64,000 nt of DNA from Kiritimatiellia bacterium (GTDB taxonomy: Bacteria; Verrucomicrobiota; Kiritimatiellia; RFP12; UBA1067): contig JAHBAE010000064.1 of NCBI GenBank assembly GCA_018384485.1, forward strand, positions 2,015 through 66,014. Direction: 5' to 3'. The notes under the pieces are model-generated. The model did not search any database. It saw only the letters and a program-made list of their open reading frames with translations, and was not told the DNA's origin. Both the position numbers and the translations under genes were made by a program. Below are positions 63,402-64,000 of this stretch, piece after piece; the stretch's first letter is position 1, and the number at the start of each line of letters is the position of its first letter.

Positions 63402-64000
63402 ATGAGATACCAGACAATTCTGCTGGCGGCGGCCGTCGGGCTCCTCGCCTTTGAAACTGGCGCCACGGCCAGATGGATTTCGGATCGCGCCGACGGGGGA
63501 GTTGACGTGGCGCGGCCGATGGTCGGGGTCGGCGTCGCGGCGACGCTGCCGAAAGACGTCATCGCCGTGCGCAAGCGCTTCGTGCTGAAGGACGCGCCGG
63601 CCTCCGCGCACGCGAAGGTCACGGGTCTCGGCTTCTACCGTCTGGTCGTCAACGGCGTGGATGTCGATCCGACGCGGATGATGATGCCCGGGTGGACGAA
63701 TCCGGGGTGGAGGGTCCTTTACGACGAATACGACGTGGCGCGGTGGCTGCGGGAGGGGACGAACGAGGTACGCATCCTCCTCGCGCCCGGGTATGCGGAT
63801 GACATGAATCCGTGGACGTGGCGGTGGATGCGCCCCAAGCGCGCGTGGATGGAGATGGAGGTCGCGGACGGCGACGCGCCGCGACGGATCGTGACGGACG
63901 GTACATGGGAGTTCACAGACGACCTGCCGTTCGTCTCGGCTTCGATCTACCACGGCGAGACGTACGATGCGACGCGCGGCGGAAACGCGCGGTGGCGTCC
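63402..64000 (+). CDS. Alpha-L-rhamnosidase (GH78)-like protein, N-terminal part (runs off the window; not in the ORF track)
   Basis: My own translation gives MRYQTILLAAAVGLLAFETGATA (signal), then RKRFVLKDAPASAHAKVTGLGFYRLVVNGVDVDPTRMMMPGWTNPGWRVLYDEYDVARWLREGTNEVRILLAPGY. This is the pattern of the bacterial rhamnosidase N-terminal domain. Confidence 0.68.
   Translation, partial: MRYQTILLAAAVGLLAFETGATARWISDRADGGVDVARPMVGVGVAATLPKDVIAVRKRFVLKDAPASAHAKVTGLGFYRLVVNGVDVDPTRMMMPGWTNPGWRVLYDEYDVARWLREGTNEVRILLAPGYADDMNPWTWRWMRPKRAWMEMEVADGDAPRRIVTDGTWEFTDDLPFVSASIYHGETYDATRGGNARWR

Overview
This is a 64 kb stretch of bacterial chromosome in which every credible gene (about 65 CDS) lies on the + strand. 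I saw no rRNA, tRNA, CRISPR array, transposase or integrase.

Gene content, in order:
- 3' end of gyrB, then rimO and queE.
- A promoter-led sugar operon: ROK-like kinase, rmlC, MFS sugar porter, rhaA, uxuA and a TAT-exported Gfo/Idh/MocA oxidoreductase.
- fmt and a pyrB-like gene.
- Secreted carbohydrate-active enzymes: a beta-helix+SGNH fusion and a clan GH-A lipoprotein.
- DUF167, a histidine phosphatase, a MATE pump and a parE-like topoisomerase subunit.
- A hexuronate-type MFS transporter with a uxuB-like gene.
- A 1288-aa GH13+amylo-1,6-glucosidase fusion, a second Gfo/Idh/MocA gene and GH97.
- ybgC-like, argH, ftsB, an M50B-like protease, a GH2 lacZ, tyrS, lptF/G, a BatA-like VWA protein, an ArfB-like GGQ protein, queH, tatA, uvrC, lysC, thiD, ygiQ, a lipoprotein, rpsT and pgk.
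- A 19-gene S10-spc ribosomal protein cluster.

Main observations:
1. The ribosomal cluster stops at rplO with a strong terminator instead of running into secY. It is followed by a visibly more GC-rich segment. That segment encodes an 1103-aa secreted protein with two tandem ~365-aa poly-glycine modules plus a parallel beta-helix, and then a GH78-like gene.
2. A recurrent extended -10 promoter (TGnTATAAT, often TATAATACG) sits 7-11 nt from several start codons, which implies leaderless mRNAs.
3. The ~300-nt S10 leader carries a three-hairpin terminator/antiterminator arrangement.
4. rpmC and rpmD are absent from their canonical slots.
5. TyrS has QAGN in place of the HIGH signature.
6. A 66-bp inverted-repeat element is flanked by 10-bp direct repeats.

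All family calls rest on motifs I recognise by eye and from memory. No searches or folding calculations were run. The gene content (many GHs, TAT-signal Gfo/Idh/MocA) is reminiscent of saccharolytic PVC-type bacteria, but I cannot verify taxonomy.
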